Assembly (NCBI GenBank): GCA_026984355.1 | Contig: JALSSG010000195.1 | Location: forward strand, 1-38,717 | Direction: 5' to 3' | Length of the DNA: 38,717 bases | Origin: Hydrogenothermaceae bacterium | Lineage (GTDB): Bacteria > Aquificota > Aquificia > Aquificales > Hydrogenothermaceae | In this document: positions 16,174-25,687 of the stretch, piece after piece | Layout of the letters: every line of letters begins with the position of its first letter | How positions within the stretch are numbered: the first letter of the stretch is position 1 | Translations under genes and position numbers: made by a program | Notes under the pieces: model-generated | The model's input: the letters and a program-made list of their open reading frames with translations, nothing else | Told to the model about the DNA's origin: nothing | The model's database searches: none

Positions 16174-16658
16174 GGAAAAATCTTCCATTTTTCATTATTA
16201 CAGGTTTAGGTATAGTAGCTACTCTTTTTTTAGTTTACTTTTTTGTATATAACATGGCTGTTGAAACTGTAAGATCTGCTGTCTTTATAGAAAGAGCGTA
16301 TCCAAATATCAAACCTGAAGAGTATGTAAACGAACTAAAATCCTCAGCTAAAAAAAATAATCTTACACTATTAGATATTAAACAAAACAATCAGTATTAT
16401 CTTCTTCAAATGTACGATGAAAATATAATAAATAAACTTTCCCAAATTTCACCAAATCTTGTTTCAATAGGAGTTATAAATCTTGTTGTTTACTCAGTTG
16501 GAAGTGGAACTGGTATCGTTGCTAACAATCCATATTTATGGGATATAGCCATACCTAGTGATTATGTAGATGACCTTTCCGAAAATTTTTCTAACCAACT
16601 AATTGATATATTTGATGGTATTTACTGGCAGATAAAAGAAAAGAAAAAAGAGTTATAA
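16170..16658 (+). CDS. Membrane-anchored hypothetical protein, possibly DUF302-like
   Basis: N-terminal TM. The stretch LVSIGVINLVVYSVGSGTGIVANNP loosely resembles the DUF302 core. Confidence 0.55.
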   Translation: MRKNLPFFIITGLGIVATLFLVYFFVYNMAVETVRSAVFIERAYPNIKPEEYVNELKSSAKKNNLTLLDIKQNNQYYLLQMYDENIINKLSQISPNLVSIGVINLVVYSVGSGTGIVANNPYLWDIAIPSDYVDDLSENFSNQLIDIFDGIYWQIKEKKKEL

Positions 16659-16670
16659 AGGGGGAAAACT

Positions 16671-18044
16671 ATGATAAAGTTTGGAACAGATGGATGGCGA
16701 GATGTTATTGCTGATAAGTTTACATTTGAGAATGTAAAAAAAGTCGCTCAAGCTCATGCAGAACATATAAAAAATAACAATGGAAGAAAGGTTGCTATAG
16801 GTTATGATACTCGGTTTATGTCTGAAGAATTTGCTAAAGCAGTAGCAGAAGTCTTTGCAAGTAATGATTTAGAAGTAATCCTATCTAAAGGACACTGTTC
16901 TACACCTGCATTATCTTTGATAACCAGAGATTTCAAATGTGATGAAGGTGTAATGATAACAGCATCTCACAATACATATCAGTACAATGGATATAAAATA
17001 AAAGGAGGTTATGGAGGACCAGCTACACCGAAAATAGTTTCTGATGTAGAAAAAAGAATAAAAAATATATCTGTAAAAGAAGGCAAAAGAGAATGGGAAG
17101 AAATAGATATAAATGAGTACTATCTGACAAAATTAAAAAATTATTTAATTGAAGAACTTTTTAAACAACACCATAAAAAATTAGTTCACGACCCAATGCA
17201 TGGAGCTACTATAGGCTACTTAAGTCGAGTATTAGATGGAACTTTTTTAGAAACGATAGAAATAAATAACTTTAGGGATGCATTTTTTGGATTTCACCAC
17301 CCAGAACCAATAGAAAAAAACTTACAGCTTTTAATGGCAAAAGTACTCGCTACAGAATCTATAGTAGGTATAGCAAATGATGGAGATGGAGATAGAGTGG
17401 GCATCGTTGCAGAAGATGGAGAGTTTGTAAGCACTCAGACAGTATATGCACTTTTATTACTTCATCTTATAAGAAATAAAAAAATTCCTGGAGCAGTAGT
17501 AAAAACTATCTCTACTTCTTATTTAGTAGATAGAATATGTGAAAAAGAAGGTAGAAAATTATATAAAACACCAGTCGGATTTAAATATATTGCAGACATT
17601 ATGTTAAAAGAACAGGTTGCCTTTGGTGGTGAAGAGTCTGGAGGATATGGATTTGGATTTCATATTCCTGAGAGAGACGGATTGTTATCAGGATTAATGA
17701 TTTTGGAACTAATCCTATTAAAAGAAAAACCATTAACTGATATAATAAAGCAATTACATGACGAATTTGGTACAGCTTTTTATAAAAGAGTAGATATAAA
17801 GGTAAAAGGAAATCAAGGAAGAGAGCTAATAGAGAAACTTAAAGAAAATACACCAGATAGTTTTGCTGGGAAAAAAATAAGAGAGATAGATAAAACTGAC
17901 GGAATAAAACTTATATTTGAAGATGATAGCTGGATTTTGTTTAGAGCTTCTGGAACTGAACCTGTACTTAGAGTATATGCAGAAGCACCATCAAAAGAAG
18001 AACTAAATAACCTTATAAATGAAGGAATAAAACTCATTAATTAG
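16671..18044 (+). CDS. Phosphoglucomutase/phosphomannomutase family protein
   Basis: FGTDGWR N-terminus, phosphoserine loop TASHNTYQYNGYK, metal loop ANDGDGDR, sugar loop GGEESGG. Confidence 0.9.
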   Translation: MIKFGTDGWRDVIADKFTFENVKKVAQAHAEHIKNNNGRKVAIGYDTRFMSEEFAKAVAEVFASNDLEVILSKGHCSTPALSLITRDFKCDEGVMITASHNTYQYNGYKIKGGYGGPATPKIVSDVEKRIKNISVKEGKREWEEIDINEYYLTKLKNYLIEELFKQHHKKLVHDPMHGATIGYLSRVLDGTFLETIEINNFRDAFFGFHHPEPIEKNLQLLMAKVLATESIVGIANDGDGDRVGIVAEDGEFVSTQTVYALLLLHLIRNKKIPGAVVKTISTSYLVDRICEKEGRKLYKTPVGFKYIADIMLKEQVAFGGEESGGYGFGFHIPERDGLLSGLMILELILLKEKPLTDIIKQLHDEFGTAFYKRVDIKVKGNQGRELIEKLKENTPDSFAGKKIREIDKTDGIKLIFEDDSWILFRASGTEPVLRVYAEAPSKEELNNLINEGIKLIN

Positions 18045-18053
18045 GAGGTATTT

Positions 18054-18464
18054 ATGGAGCATACATACCAACCTTATGATGTCAGGATGACAGAAGATGA
18101 GGAAATAATAGCAATAGTTGAACCAGATAGTTATTTAAAAGAAATGATAGAAAATGAAGAAACATGCTGGGAAATAGAACTTGATGTAGACTATGATGAA
18201 GAAACAGAAGAACCATATCTTGTAGTTTATATATCTAAAGACAATGGTCAAATTGTAATGGCATTTCCTTATGGAGAGGCCTGGGATGCTCTATCAGAAA
18301 AAGGAGTAATTACTATAGCTCTTTTGACACAATTTGATTTAGACCATGGAAATGTAAGCGATGCAATTACTGTAACTATGGAGTTAGATGAACACTTAAA
18401 AGGATTTATAGAAGGTGCTTCTAGAATGTGGGAAGCCCTTCAGGATACTATAGAAAAGTCATGA
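18054..18464 (+). CDS. Acidic hypothetical protein
   Basis: 136-aa D/E-rich ORF with an RBS (AGGAGGT) upstream and no motif I recognise. Confidence 0.55.
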   Translation: MEHTYQPYDVRMTEDEEIIAIVEPDSYLKEMIENEETCWEIELDVDYDEETEEPYLVVYISKDNGQIVMAFPYGEAWDALSEKGVITIALLTQFDLDHGNVSDAITVTMELDEHLKGFIEGASRMWEALQDTIEKS

Positions 18465-18856
18465 ATTATGTAGTATATGAAAGGAAAGTTTTTTTCTATG
18501 AAACTGATGCACAGGGGATAGTTCACCATTCTAACTATCCACGGTATTTTGAAGAAGCTAGGGGGTTTTTTTTAGAAAAAAAAGGCTTACCTTATGAGAT
18601 AATAAGAGACAAATTAAATATAGATATAGTTTTATTAGAACTAAAAATAAAATATAAAGAATATTTAAGATTTGGGGATAGGTTCAAGATAAAAGCAGTT
18701 TTAACAGATATGAATAAGTATTTTTTTAGTTTTAAATACACACTACAAACACAAAATAAAAAAGTAGTGTGTGAAGGCTATACAAAACACTGCTGTATTA
18801 ATAGAAATACAAAAAAAATAGTGTCTATACCAAAACAGATAAGTGATTTAATTTAA
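18461..18856 (+). CDS. YbgC/4HBT-type acyl-CoA thioesterase
   Basis: VFFYETDAQGIVHHSNYPRYFEEAR is a hotdog-fold signature. I prefer the ATG at 18461 (ATGA overlap with the previous stop) over the track's GTG at 18428. Confidence 0.75.
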   Translation: MNYVVYERKVFFYETDAQGIVHHSNYPRYFEEARGFFLEKKGLPYEIIRDKLNIDIVLLELKIKYKEYLRFGDRFKIKAVLTDMNKYFFSFKYTLQTQNKKVVCEGYTKHCCINRNTKKIVSIPKQISDLI

Positions 18857-18903
18857 AAGAAAAATTTACGAAAAGTTTATTACAAATTTGAGGGAATTCT
18901 AAA

Positions 18904-20649
18904 ATGAGAGCGAAGAATGTCTCTATAGATTTTTTAAAATCAAAATTTCCTATACTTGCAAAACTTATAGACTTTAATATTCTTCAGGAAGAATTATTAG
19001 ATGATATTAAAGGTAAACTCTACTCCTTTTCTGACCTGACAGAAATACTAGTATATCTAATAGAAGAAAAGATACTGGATGAAAATAAACTAAAATCTTT
19101 CTTTGTTGATTATCTTTCTATAAAACCTTATATAAAAGAACAGATTTCCAAGAATATAGACGATAAACTTTTATCCTCTATACCGTTTCACTATATGGAA
19201 AAGAAAAAATTTTTCCCTGTTGTGTTAAATAAAGACTGTGTACAGATTGTAGCTTTAAACCCTATAGACAAAGATATTCTTCACCAGCTTGCTTTCTTAG
19301 GTTTTAAAAACATAGATACTATGGTTGGAACACTATCGGAGATAGAACAGGGATTAGAATCCCTTGTAGTATCTGATTTTGACCAGATGATATTGGATAC
19401 AGATTTTGACTCAGATATTGAAGAAGAAATAAAAGACAGCGAAGAGATAAATTTAAGAGAAGCATTAGCTGAAGCAGAAGAAGCACCTATAGTAAAAGCT
19501 ACAAGGATAATAATACTAAATGCTGTAAAAATGGGAGCTTCTGATATTCATATTGAACCAATGGAAAAAGAGATAAGAGTAAGATACCGTATAGATGGCA
19601 TATTAAGAACATATCAGAAATTACCAGCTTCTGTAAAAGAAGCTATCATTGCCCGCTATAAAATAATGTCAAATCTAGACATAGCAGAAAAAAGATTACC
19701 TCAAGATGGACGGATAAGAGTAAAGATAGATGGAAAGCCGATTGATTTGAGGGTTTCTACTATTCCTACTGTATATGGTGAAAAAATAGTTATGAGGATA
19801 CAAGATGCTGAAAGTTATACAGGACTTAAACTTGAAGATTTAGGTTTTGAAAAAGACGACCTTGAAAAAGTAAGAAAAGCAATTTATGAACCATGGGGAA
19901 TGATATTAGTCACAGGTCCAACAGGTTCTGGTAAAACTACTACTTTGTATACCGTTTTAATGGAAAGGAATAAAGAAGATGTAAACATTGTTACTGCAGA
20001 AGATCCTGTAGAAGTATCAATACAGGGGATAAATCAGGTACATATAAAAGAAAAAATCGGACTTACATTTGCAGAAGCCTTAAGGGCATTTTTAAGACAA
20101 GACCCAGATATTATTTTAGTTGGAGAGATAAGAGATCCAGAAACTGCAGATATATCAATCAAAGCAGCTTTAACTGGACATCTCGTATTTTCTACACTTC
20201 ATACAAATGATGCTCCATCTTCTATAACAAGACTTCTAAACATAGGTGTAGAAAAGTTTCTTGTAGCTACAGCAGTAAATATGATAATAGCTCAGAGATT
20301 AGTTAGAAAGTTATGTAATAAATGTAAAGTTCCAGCAGATTTTCCAGATAAATTCTGGCTAGAGATGGGATTAACAGAGGAAGATATAAAAGAAGCTAAC
20401 TTTTTCGTTCATAATCCAAAGGGCTGTGAGCATTGTAATTACACAGGATATAAAGGAAGGACAGCAGTTCATGAAGTACTTGATATAGATCCAACGATAA
20501 GAAAAATGATTTTAGAAGAAAAAACAGAAGATGATATAAGAGAATATGCAAGAAAAAAAGGTGTAAGAACATTATATGAAAATGGTCTATCAAAAGTAAA
20601 AAAAGGAATAACCGATATAGCAGAAATAGAAAGAGTACTTATGAGGTAA
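18904..20649 (+). CDS. pilB: Type IV pilus assembly ATPase PilB (GspE family)
   Basis: Walker A GPTGSGKTT, Asp/His boxes, tetracysteine motif CNKCK...CEHCNYTGYKGR. Confidence 0.88.
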   Translation: MRAKNVSIDFLKSKFPILAKLIDFNILQEELLDDIKGKLYSFSDLTEILVYLIEEKILDENKLKSFFVDYLSIKPYIKEQISKNIDDKLLSSIPFHYMEKKKFFPVVLNKDCVQIVALNPIDKDILHQLAFLGFKNIDTMVGTLSEIEQGLESLVVSDFDQMILDTDFDSDIEEEIKDSEEINLREALAEAEEAPIVKATRIIILNAVKMGASDIHIEPMEKEIRVRYRIDGILRTYQKLPASVKEAIIARYKIMSNLDIAEKRLPQDGRIRVKIDGKPIDLRVSTIPTVYGEKIVMRIQDAESYTGLKLEDLGFEKDDLEKVRKAIYEPWGMILVTGPTGSGKTTTLYTVLMERNKEDVNIVTAEDPVEVSIQGINQVHIKEKIGLTFAEALRAFLRQDPDIILVGEIRDPETADISIKAALTGHLVFSTLHTNDAPSSITRLLNIGVEKFLVATAVNMIIAQRLVRKLCNKCKVPADFPDKFWLEMGLTEEDIKEANFFVHNPKGCEHCNYTGYKGRTAVHEVLDIDPTIRKMILEEKTEDDIREYARKKGVRTLYENGLSKVKKGITDIAEIERVLMR

Positions 20650-20654
20650 GTAAA

Positions 20655-21743
20655 ATGATAGAGAGTAATAAAGTTCCAGTTTCAATTGATGAACTTGCAC
20701 AAATAGTAGTACATCACAACGCTAGTGATTTACATATTACAGCTGGTTCTCCTCCAGCTATAAGAGTAGATGGGAAAATAATGCCACTTACTCAATATCC
20801 AGTTCTACAACCTAAAGATACACAAAGTCTCATATACTCTATAATGAACGAAAAGCAGAGAAACAGGTTTGAGCAGGACAAAGAACTGGACTTCTCTTTT
20901 GGTATAAAAGACATAGGAAGATTTAGGGTTAATGTATTTTTTCAAAGAGGAACAGTAGCAGCAGCATTAAGGAGAATTCCTTTTGAAATAAAACCTATGG
21001 AAGAACTTGGATTAATCCCGGCAGTAAAACAGCTATGCCATAAAAGTATGGGACTTATACTAGTTACAGGTCCAACAGGTTCTGGTAAAACCACCACATT
21101 AGCTTCAATGATTGATTATATAAACACTAATTTTCCTTATCATATAATCACTATAGAAGACCCTATAGAATATGTCTATTTCCATAAAAAATCTATAGTA
21201 AACCAAAGAGAAATAGGTAATGATACAGACGCTTTTCATATAGCTTTAAAGTATGCTCTTCGTGAAGACCCTGATGTTATCTTAGTTGGGGAAATGAGAG
21301 ACCTTGAAACTATAAAGGCAGCTTTAACAGCAGCTGAAACAGGTCACCTTGTATTTGGTACATTACATACAAATACAGCTATACAAACTATTAACAGAAT
21401 TATCAATGTTTTTCCAGAAAATGAGCAGGATCAGGTCAGAACTGAGCTTAGTTTTGTTTTACAGGGAGTAATCTCTCAAAGATTATTACCAAAAGTTGGT
21501 GGTGGAAGGATATTAATTCACGAAGTTTTAATACCTACAACAGGAATAAGAAACCTTATAAGAGAAAACAAAATTCATCAGATTTATGGATTAATGCAAA
21601 CAGGTCAGGTAGAAACAGGTATGCAAACATTTAATCAGTCTCTTGCAAGGGCATTAGCAAGAAATCTTATAACCTTAGAGGATGCGTTAAGGGTATCTCC
21701 TGATCCTAATGAACTAAAAAGAATAATGGCTACAATATCATAA
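20655..21743 (+). CDS. pilT: Twitching motility retraction ATPase PilT
   Basis: Walker A GPTGSGKTT and the PilT-type GIRNLIRENK motif. Confidence 0.9.
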   Translation: MIESNKVPVSIDELAQIVVHHNASDLHITAGSPPAIRVDGKIMPLTQYPVLQPKDTQSLIYSIMNEKQRNRFEQDKELDFSFGIKDIGRFRVNVFFQRGTVAAALRRIPFEIKPMEELGLIPAVKQLCHKSMGLILVTGPTGSGKTTTLASMIDYINTNFPYHIITIEDPIEYVYFHKKSIVNQREIGNDTDAFHIALKYALREDPDVILVGEMRDLETIKAALTAAETGHLVFGTLHTNTAIQTINRIINVFPENEQDQVRTELSFVLQGVISQRLLPKVGGGRILIHEVLIPTTGIRNLIRENKIHQIYGLMQTGQVETGMQTFNQSLARALARNLITLEDALRVSPDPNELKRIMATIS

Positions 21744-21755
21744 GAGGGGAGGAAT

Positions 21756-22970
21756 ATGAAGTTTTCTTATAAAGGTATAGACCAATACGGAAGAACTAGC
21801 GAAGGTATAATTGAAGCTACATCCATAGCAGAAGCTGAAGAAAAGCTTACCTTACAAGGTTTAAGAAATATCAAACTTAAAGTTTTAGGAAAAGAAAAAG
21901 GAAAAGAATTAAGTGGTTTTTCTATATTACAGCCTAAAGTTAAAGAAAAAGACCTTGCTATTTTTACAAGACAGTTAGGAGCCTTAATAAGTGCAGGTGT
22001 AGGAATAGCAGAAGCATTGGAAATTTTATCTGAACAACTACCAAATAAAACTCTATCTTCAGCATTAAAAGTTGTAAAAGAAGATGTATCAGCAGGGCAA
22101 TCTTTATCTACAGCTATGTCTAAACATAAAAGAGTTTTTCCAGATTTTCTAATAAATCTTATATCTGCAGCTGAAGAATCTGGTAATTTAGACACAATTT
22201 TACAAAGAGCTTCAGAATATTATGAAAAAATAGCAGCTATAAAGAGAAAAATTATAAGTGCATCATGGTATCCAGCTGCTGTAGTATTTTTTGCAACACT
22301 AATAGTCTTTGGTATTTTAACTTTTATAGTTCCAACATTCGCAGAATTATACAAAGGATTTGGTAGTTCTTTACCATTTTTAACGCAGTTAATCGTTGAT
22401 ACAAGTAATTTTGTAAAAAGCAACATACTCAACATAATGCTTATAATTGTAGGAATTATAGCTCTTAATTCTTTCATATATAAAACACCACAGGGAAAGA
22501 AATTTTATCATCGAGTTTTTCTTTCTATACCATTGCTAGGAGAAATTTTCAGAAAGGGAGCTATAGCGAAATTTGCAAGAACTTTATCTACTCTTGTAAA
22601 TGGAGGAGTACCTATAATAAGAGCTCTTGAAATATCAGCAAAAGTGGCAGGCAACGTAATAATTGAAGAAGCTATTTTAAAAGCCAAAGATGAAGTAGAA
22701 AAAGGTAAAGAACTTTATCTATCTTTAGATAAAAAAGTTTTCCCTCTGATATTTCTTGCAATGATAAAAGTAGGAGAAAATACAGGAAGACTTGATGAAA
22801 TGCTTGATACAATATCAAACTTTTTTGAAGATGAAGTTGATAGAACAGTAGAAGGACTTTTATCTCTTATAGAACCACTCCTTATCATATTCATAGGTGG
22901 GATTGTAGGAACTATAATAGTAGCATTATACTTACCAATATTTAAAATTGGCGAAATCATTCAAAAATAA
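21756..22970 (+). CDS. pilC: Type IV pilus platform protein PilC (GspF family)
   Basis: Two GspF-type repeats with 3 TM segments; follows pilB-pilT. Confidence 0.88.
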   Translation: MKFSYKGIDQYGRTSEGIIEATSIAEAEEKLTLQGLRNIKLKVLGKEKGKELSGFSILQPKVKEKDLAIFTRQLGALISAGVGIAEALEILSEQLPNKTLSSALKVVKEDVSAGQSLSTAMSKHKRVFPDFLINLISAAEESGNLDTILQRASEYYEKIAAIKRKIISASWYPAAVVFFATLIVFGILTFIVPTFAELYKGFGSSLPFLTQLIVDTSNFVKSNILNIMLIIVGIIALNSFIYKTPQGKKFYHRVFLSIPLLGEIFRKGAIAKFARTLSTLVNGGVPIIRALEISAKVAGNVIIEEAILKAKDEVEKGKELYLSLDKKVFPLIFLAMIKVGENTGRLDEMLDTISNFFEDEVDRTVEGLLSLIEPLLIIFIGGIVGTIIVALYLPIFKIGEIIQK

Positions 22971-23167
22971 GGATTAAATTTTATCTCAACACGAGAATCT
23001 TCATCATAAACATACAACTTATTATCATCCTCATCTCTGGCTCTCTTGTGGGAGCCATCGCAGTACGGTCTTTTCTTTGATAGACCACACTGACATATAG
23101 CTATAGTTTCTCCATTTACTTCAAACTTTAAAGGTTTTTTTTCTGTACAAACAACAAGTCTTGCCAT
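22961..23167 (-). CDS. CDGSH-type iron-sulfur domain protein
   Basis: CQCGLSKKRPYCDGSH matches C-x-C-x2-S-x3-P-x-CDGSH. Confidence 0.85.
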   Translation of the reverse strand: MARLVVCTEKKPLKFEVNGETIAICQCGLSKKRPYCDGSHKRARDEDDNKLYVYDEDSRVEIKFNPYF

Positions 23168-23178
23168 TTTAATTACCT

Positions 23179-23409
23179 CTAAGTTTTAATTTTTTTCAAC
23201 AACGAAATATCAAATAAAATTAGTACGAATAATAAACCTGACATAAGTAAAGGATTTGATACTATTAGATTTCCTACAGACGTCCCAGATATACTAAAGA
23301 CTTTCTCAGGAGAGATAGAACCCATCATATATAAGAAAGTGAGAATTAAAAAATAAGAAAGAAATACAAGAAAGACAACTAAGATTTTCCTTAGAAACCA
23401 TTTAAACAT
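23179..23409 (-). CDS. Small hypothetical membrane protein (2 TM)
   Basis: 76-aa hydrophobic ORF, 11 nt upstream of the CDGSH gene. Confidence 0.5.
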   Translation of the reverse strand: MFKWFLRKILVVFLVFLSYFLILTFLYMMGSISPEKVFSISGTSVGNLIVSNPLLMSGLLFVLILFDISLLKKIKT

Positions 23410-23423
23410 TTAATTAAACCAAA

Positions 23424-23495
23424 AGGCGGGGGCGGGAATCGAACCCGCGTATAAGGGATTTGCAGTCCCCTGCCTTACCACTTGGCTACCCCGCC
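23424..23495 (-). tRNA. tRNA-Cys (anticodon GCA)
   Basis: Hand-folded cloverleaf. Acceptor GGCGGGG/CCCCGCC; anticodon stem GGGGA/UCCCU with loop CUGCAAA; T-arm GCGGG-UUCGAUU-CCCGC; discriminator U73; A13.A22 mismatch. CCA is not encoded. Confidence 0.95.
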
Positions 23496-23544
23496 AAATT
23501 AATATCTTAAATAATATTATTTCATATTCAGTTTTTAATCAAAT

Positions 23545-23913
23545 TTAACAAAGATTGTTTAGTTTACTTTCAATCTCTTCTAACTGTTTTTTTAGTTCCT
23601 GTATCTGATTTTCATAAAAGGCTGATTTTTTTGGTTCTACTTTTCTTTTAGTATTTAGTTCCTTTATTTTTCTATTTAGCTTTCTAATCTCTATAAGATA
23701 ACTCCATGCAAGATAATTCTTTGCAAGCTGTACCAAATCTTTTTTTGCTGCTCTATAATCTCTTTTAAATCTTCTTCTTTCCTTTTGTCCTGTATGAAAA
23801 GATAATAAGGTAGCTTCTTTATCTTTTGCCTTTTCTAATAACTGTTCCATTACAGATTTAAAACTTCCCTGAAACTTTACCTTTTCATCTCCTACCTTAG
23901 CCCACAGTTCCAT
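23545..23913 (-). CDS. Basic coiled-coil hypothetical protein
   Basis: 122-aa K/R/E-rich ORF with heptad-like C-terminal half, a GGAGG RBS upstream, and no recognisable motif. Confidence 0.5.
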   Translation of the reverse strand: MELWAKVGDEKVKFQGSFKSVMEQLLEKAKDKEATLLSFHTGQKERRRFKRDYRAAKKDLVQLAKNYLAWSYLIEIRKLNRKIKELNTKRKVEPKKSAFYENQIQELKKQLEEIESKLNNLC

Positions 23914-23991
23914 TAAACTACCTCCAGCTTTATATAATAAGTGGTAGACTATATATTATATCAAATCTTTTTTACATGAAAGCAAAAGCAG

Positions 23992-24537
23992 ATGAAAGAG
24001 ATAATAAAATTAGCGATAAAAATAATACTGTTTCCTAAGAAAACATGGTATGAGATTTTACATAAAGAAATATCTTATCTTTTTATATTCAGATATATTC
24101 TTTTATTAGCATCAATTGGACCTATACTGTCTTTTTTTAGTATGTTCTTTTTAGAAGGAATTTATCTAAAAAAAACAATTGCTTATAGTCTAACTACATA
24201 TTTCCTTGACATAATAAGTGTATATGCTTTTGCGGTCTTTATTAGAATATTTGATAAATCTATAAGTTTTGCTACTGCTTTAAAAATATCAGCTTTTGGT
24301 AGTACAGCCATATGGTTATCAGACATAGTTGATATATACCAGTATCTTAGACCCTTAAGTATAATTGGATTTTTATATAGTCTTTATCTTATATATATGG
24401 GATTAAAACTTTCATCAAAGAAAGACTTGAAATATATTGTTGGTTTACTAATTATATTTTCTGCATTGTATGGAATAAATTCTTTAATTGCAGAAAGTAT
24501 AGTCCAAAATCCAGTTATTAAAGAGGTAATTATATAA
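23992..24537 (+). CDS. Yip1-domain membrane protein
   Basis: 181 aa, about 5 TM, with a Yip1/DUF1282-like N-terminus (FPKKTWYEI). Confidence 0.6.
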   Translation: MKEIIKLAIKIILFPKKTWYEILHKEISYLFIFRYILLLASIGPILSFFSMFFLEGIYLKKTIAYSLTTYFLDIISVYAFAVFIRIFDKSISFATALKISAFGSTAIWLSDIVDIYQYLRPLSIIGFLYSLYLIYMGLKLSSKKDLKYIVGLLIIFSALYGINSLIAESIVQNPVIKEVII

Positions 24538-24538
24538 A

Positions 24539-25297
24539 TTGAATTACATAACTACCATAATTACAGCTTTAATTTTTCTGTATTTTTATAACACGTATGC
24601 TAAAGATAGTATCATTCTTGCAGTTTCTGCTAATGCTCAATATGTGATTGATGAAATTATAAAAGCTTATAAACAAAAACATACAGATGTTTCTATAAAA
24701 AAAATAGTTTCTTCTTCTGGAAAACTTACAAATCAAATCACAAAAGGGGCACCATTTGATATATTTTTGTCTGCTGACATGAACTATCCTATCTTCCTTT
24801 ACAAAAAAGGTCTAACAATAACAAAGCCAAAAACATATGCTTATGGACTTATTGTGTTATGGACTACAAAAAATTTTTCTAAAAAAGACCTGAATATAAA
24901 TATCATTTACAAAGTAAACAAAATAGCAATCCCAAATCCCAAAACAGCTCCCTATGGAAGAGAAAGCATAAAAATTTTAAAAAATTTAAAAGTTTTTAAA
25001 AAGATAAAAAACAGAATAATCTATGGAGAAAGTGTATCTCAGGTAAACTACTATATATTAAAAGGTTTTGTTGATATAGGTTTTACATCAAAATCATCTG
25101 TATTAGCACCTGTAGTAAAAAGTAAAGGTATATGGGTAGAAGTAGACAAAAATCTGTATAATCCGATAAAGCAAGGAGCAGTATTACTGAAAAATGCAAA
25201 GAATAAAAAGCAGGCTTACGAATTTTTTAGATTTCTTTTTTCAAAAAAAGCAAAAGAAATATTCAAAAAATATGGATACCTGGTAAAAGATGAATAA
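24539..25297 (+). CDS. modA: Molybdate ABC transporter substrate-binding protein ModA
   Basis: TTG start, signal peptide, SSSGKL and DIFLSAD motifs, sits in the mod operon. Confidence 0.85.
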   Translation: MNYITTIITALIFLYFYNTYAKDSIILAVSANAQYVIDEIIKAYKQKHTDVSIKKIVSSSGKLTNQITKGAPFDIFLSADMNYPIFLYKKGLTITKPKTYAYGLIVLWTTKNFSKKDLNINIIYKVNKIAIPNPKTAPYGRESIKILKNLKVFKKIKNRIIYGESVSQVNYYILKGFVDIGFTSKSSVLAPVVKSKGIWVEVDKNLYNPIKQGAVLLKNAKNKKQAYEFFRFLFSKKAKEIFKKYGYLVKDE

Positions 25298-25685
25298 GCT
25301 AAAAGGCTTTATATCAAAGGTCAGTACCTCCGGAAACATATCTATAGTAGAAGTAAACATTCAAAGTGAAAAAATTTTCTCAATAATTATAGGAAATAAA
25401 GAAGAATTCTTAAAAATAGGAAATGAAGTTTATGTACTTTTTAAAGAAACAGAAGTGTCAATAGCAAAAGATTTCAAAGGAGAAATTAGCTTACAAAATA
25501 GACTAAACTGTAAGATATTAAAAATAAACAAAGGAAAACTTTTAACAGAAATTATTATGCAGTGGAAAAATGAAAAAATTAAATCAATCATAACTACAAA
25601 ATCTGCAGAACGACTATCTCTAAGAGAGGGTGATAACATAACAGCATTTATAAAAACAAATGAAGTATCTCTTATGGAGATATAA
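25290..25685 (+). CDS. mop: Tandem TOBE/Mop-domain molybdate-binding protein
   Basis: Two repeats of about 65 aa. The second, NRLNCKILKINKGKLLTEI...IITTKSAERLSLREGDNITAFIKTNEVSL, matches the Mop pattern. Confidence 0.75.
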   Translation: MNKLKGFISKVSTSGNISIVEVNIQSEKIFSIIIGNKEEFLKIGNEVYVLFKETEVSIAKDFKGEISLQNRLNCKILKINKGKLLTEIIMQWKNEKIKSIITTKSAERLSLREGDNITAFIKTNEVSLMEI

Positions 25686-25687
25686 AA

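Noticed and set aside
21767-22960. Three sizeable antisense ORFs (142, 85 and 81 aa) tiling pilC.
   Set aside because: All are in the complementary frame of a strongly supported GspF-family gene, the usual codon-bias artefact. Their products are Ser/Ile-rich low-complexity sequence.
22961-22970. Convergent 3' overlaps: pilC/CDGSH (10 nt) and PNPOx-like/mnmC (31152-31172, 21 nt).
   Set aside because: These are real in the sequence but typical of compact genomes, with no evidence of a regulatory role.
18904-22970. pilB-pilT-pilC as a candidate novel secretion system.
   Set aside because: The motifs and gene order are canonical type IV pilus machinery. The absence of a pilin gene in the window is common, since pilins are usually encoded elsewhere.
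23410-23990. tRNA-Cys as a possible integration hotspot with flanking orphan genes (76-aa membrane protein, 122-aa coiled-coil protein).
   Set aside because: There is no integrase, recombinase or phage gene. I saw no direct repeat of the tRNA 3' end, and no obvious compositional break. The evidence is insufficient to call an island remnant.
24500-24560. A possible Moco riboswitch or ModE operator upstream of modA.
   Set aside because: The Yip1-like gene ends at 24537 and modA starts at 24539, so there is no space for a leader element.
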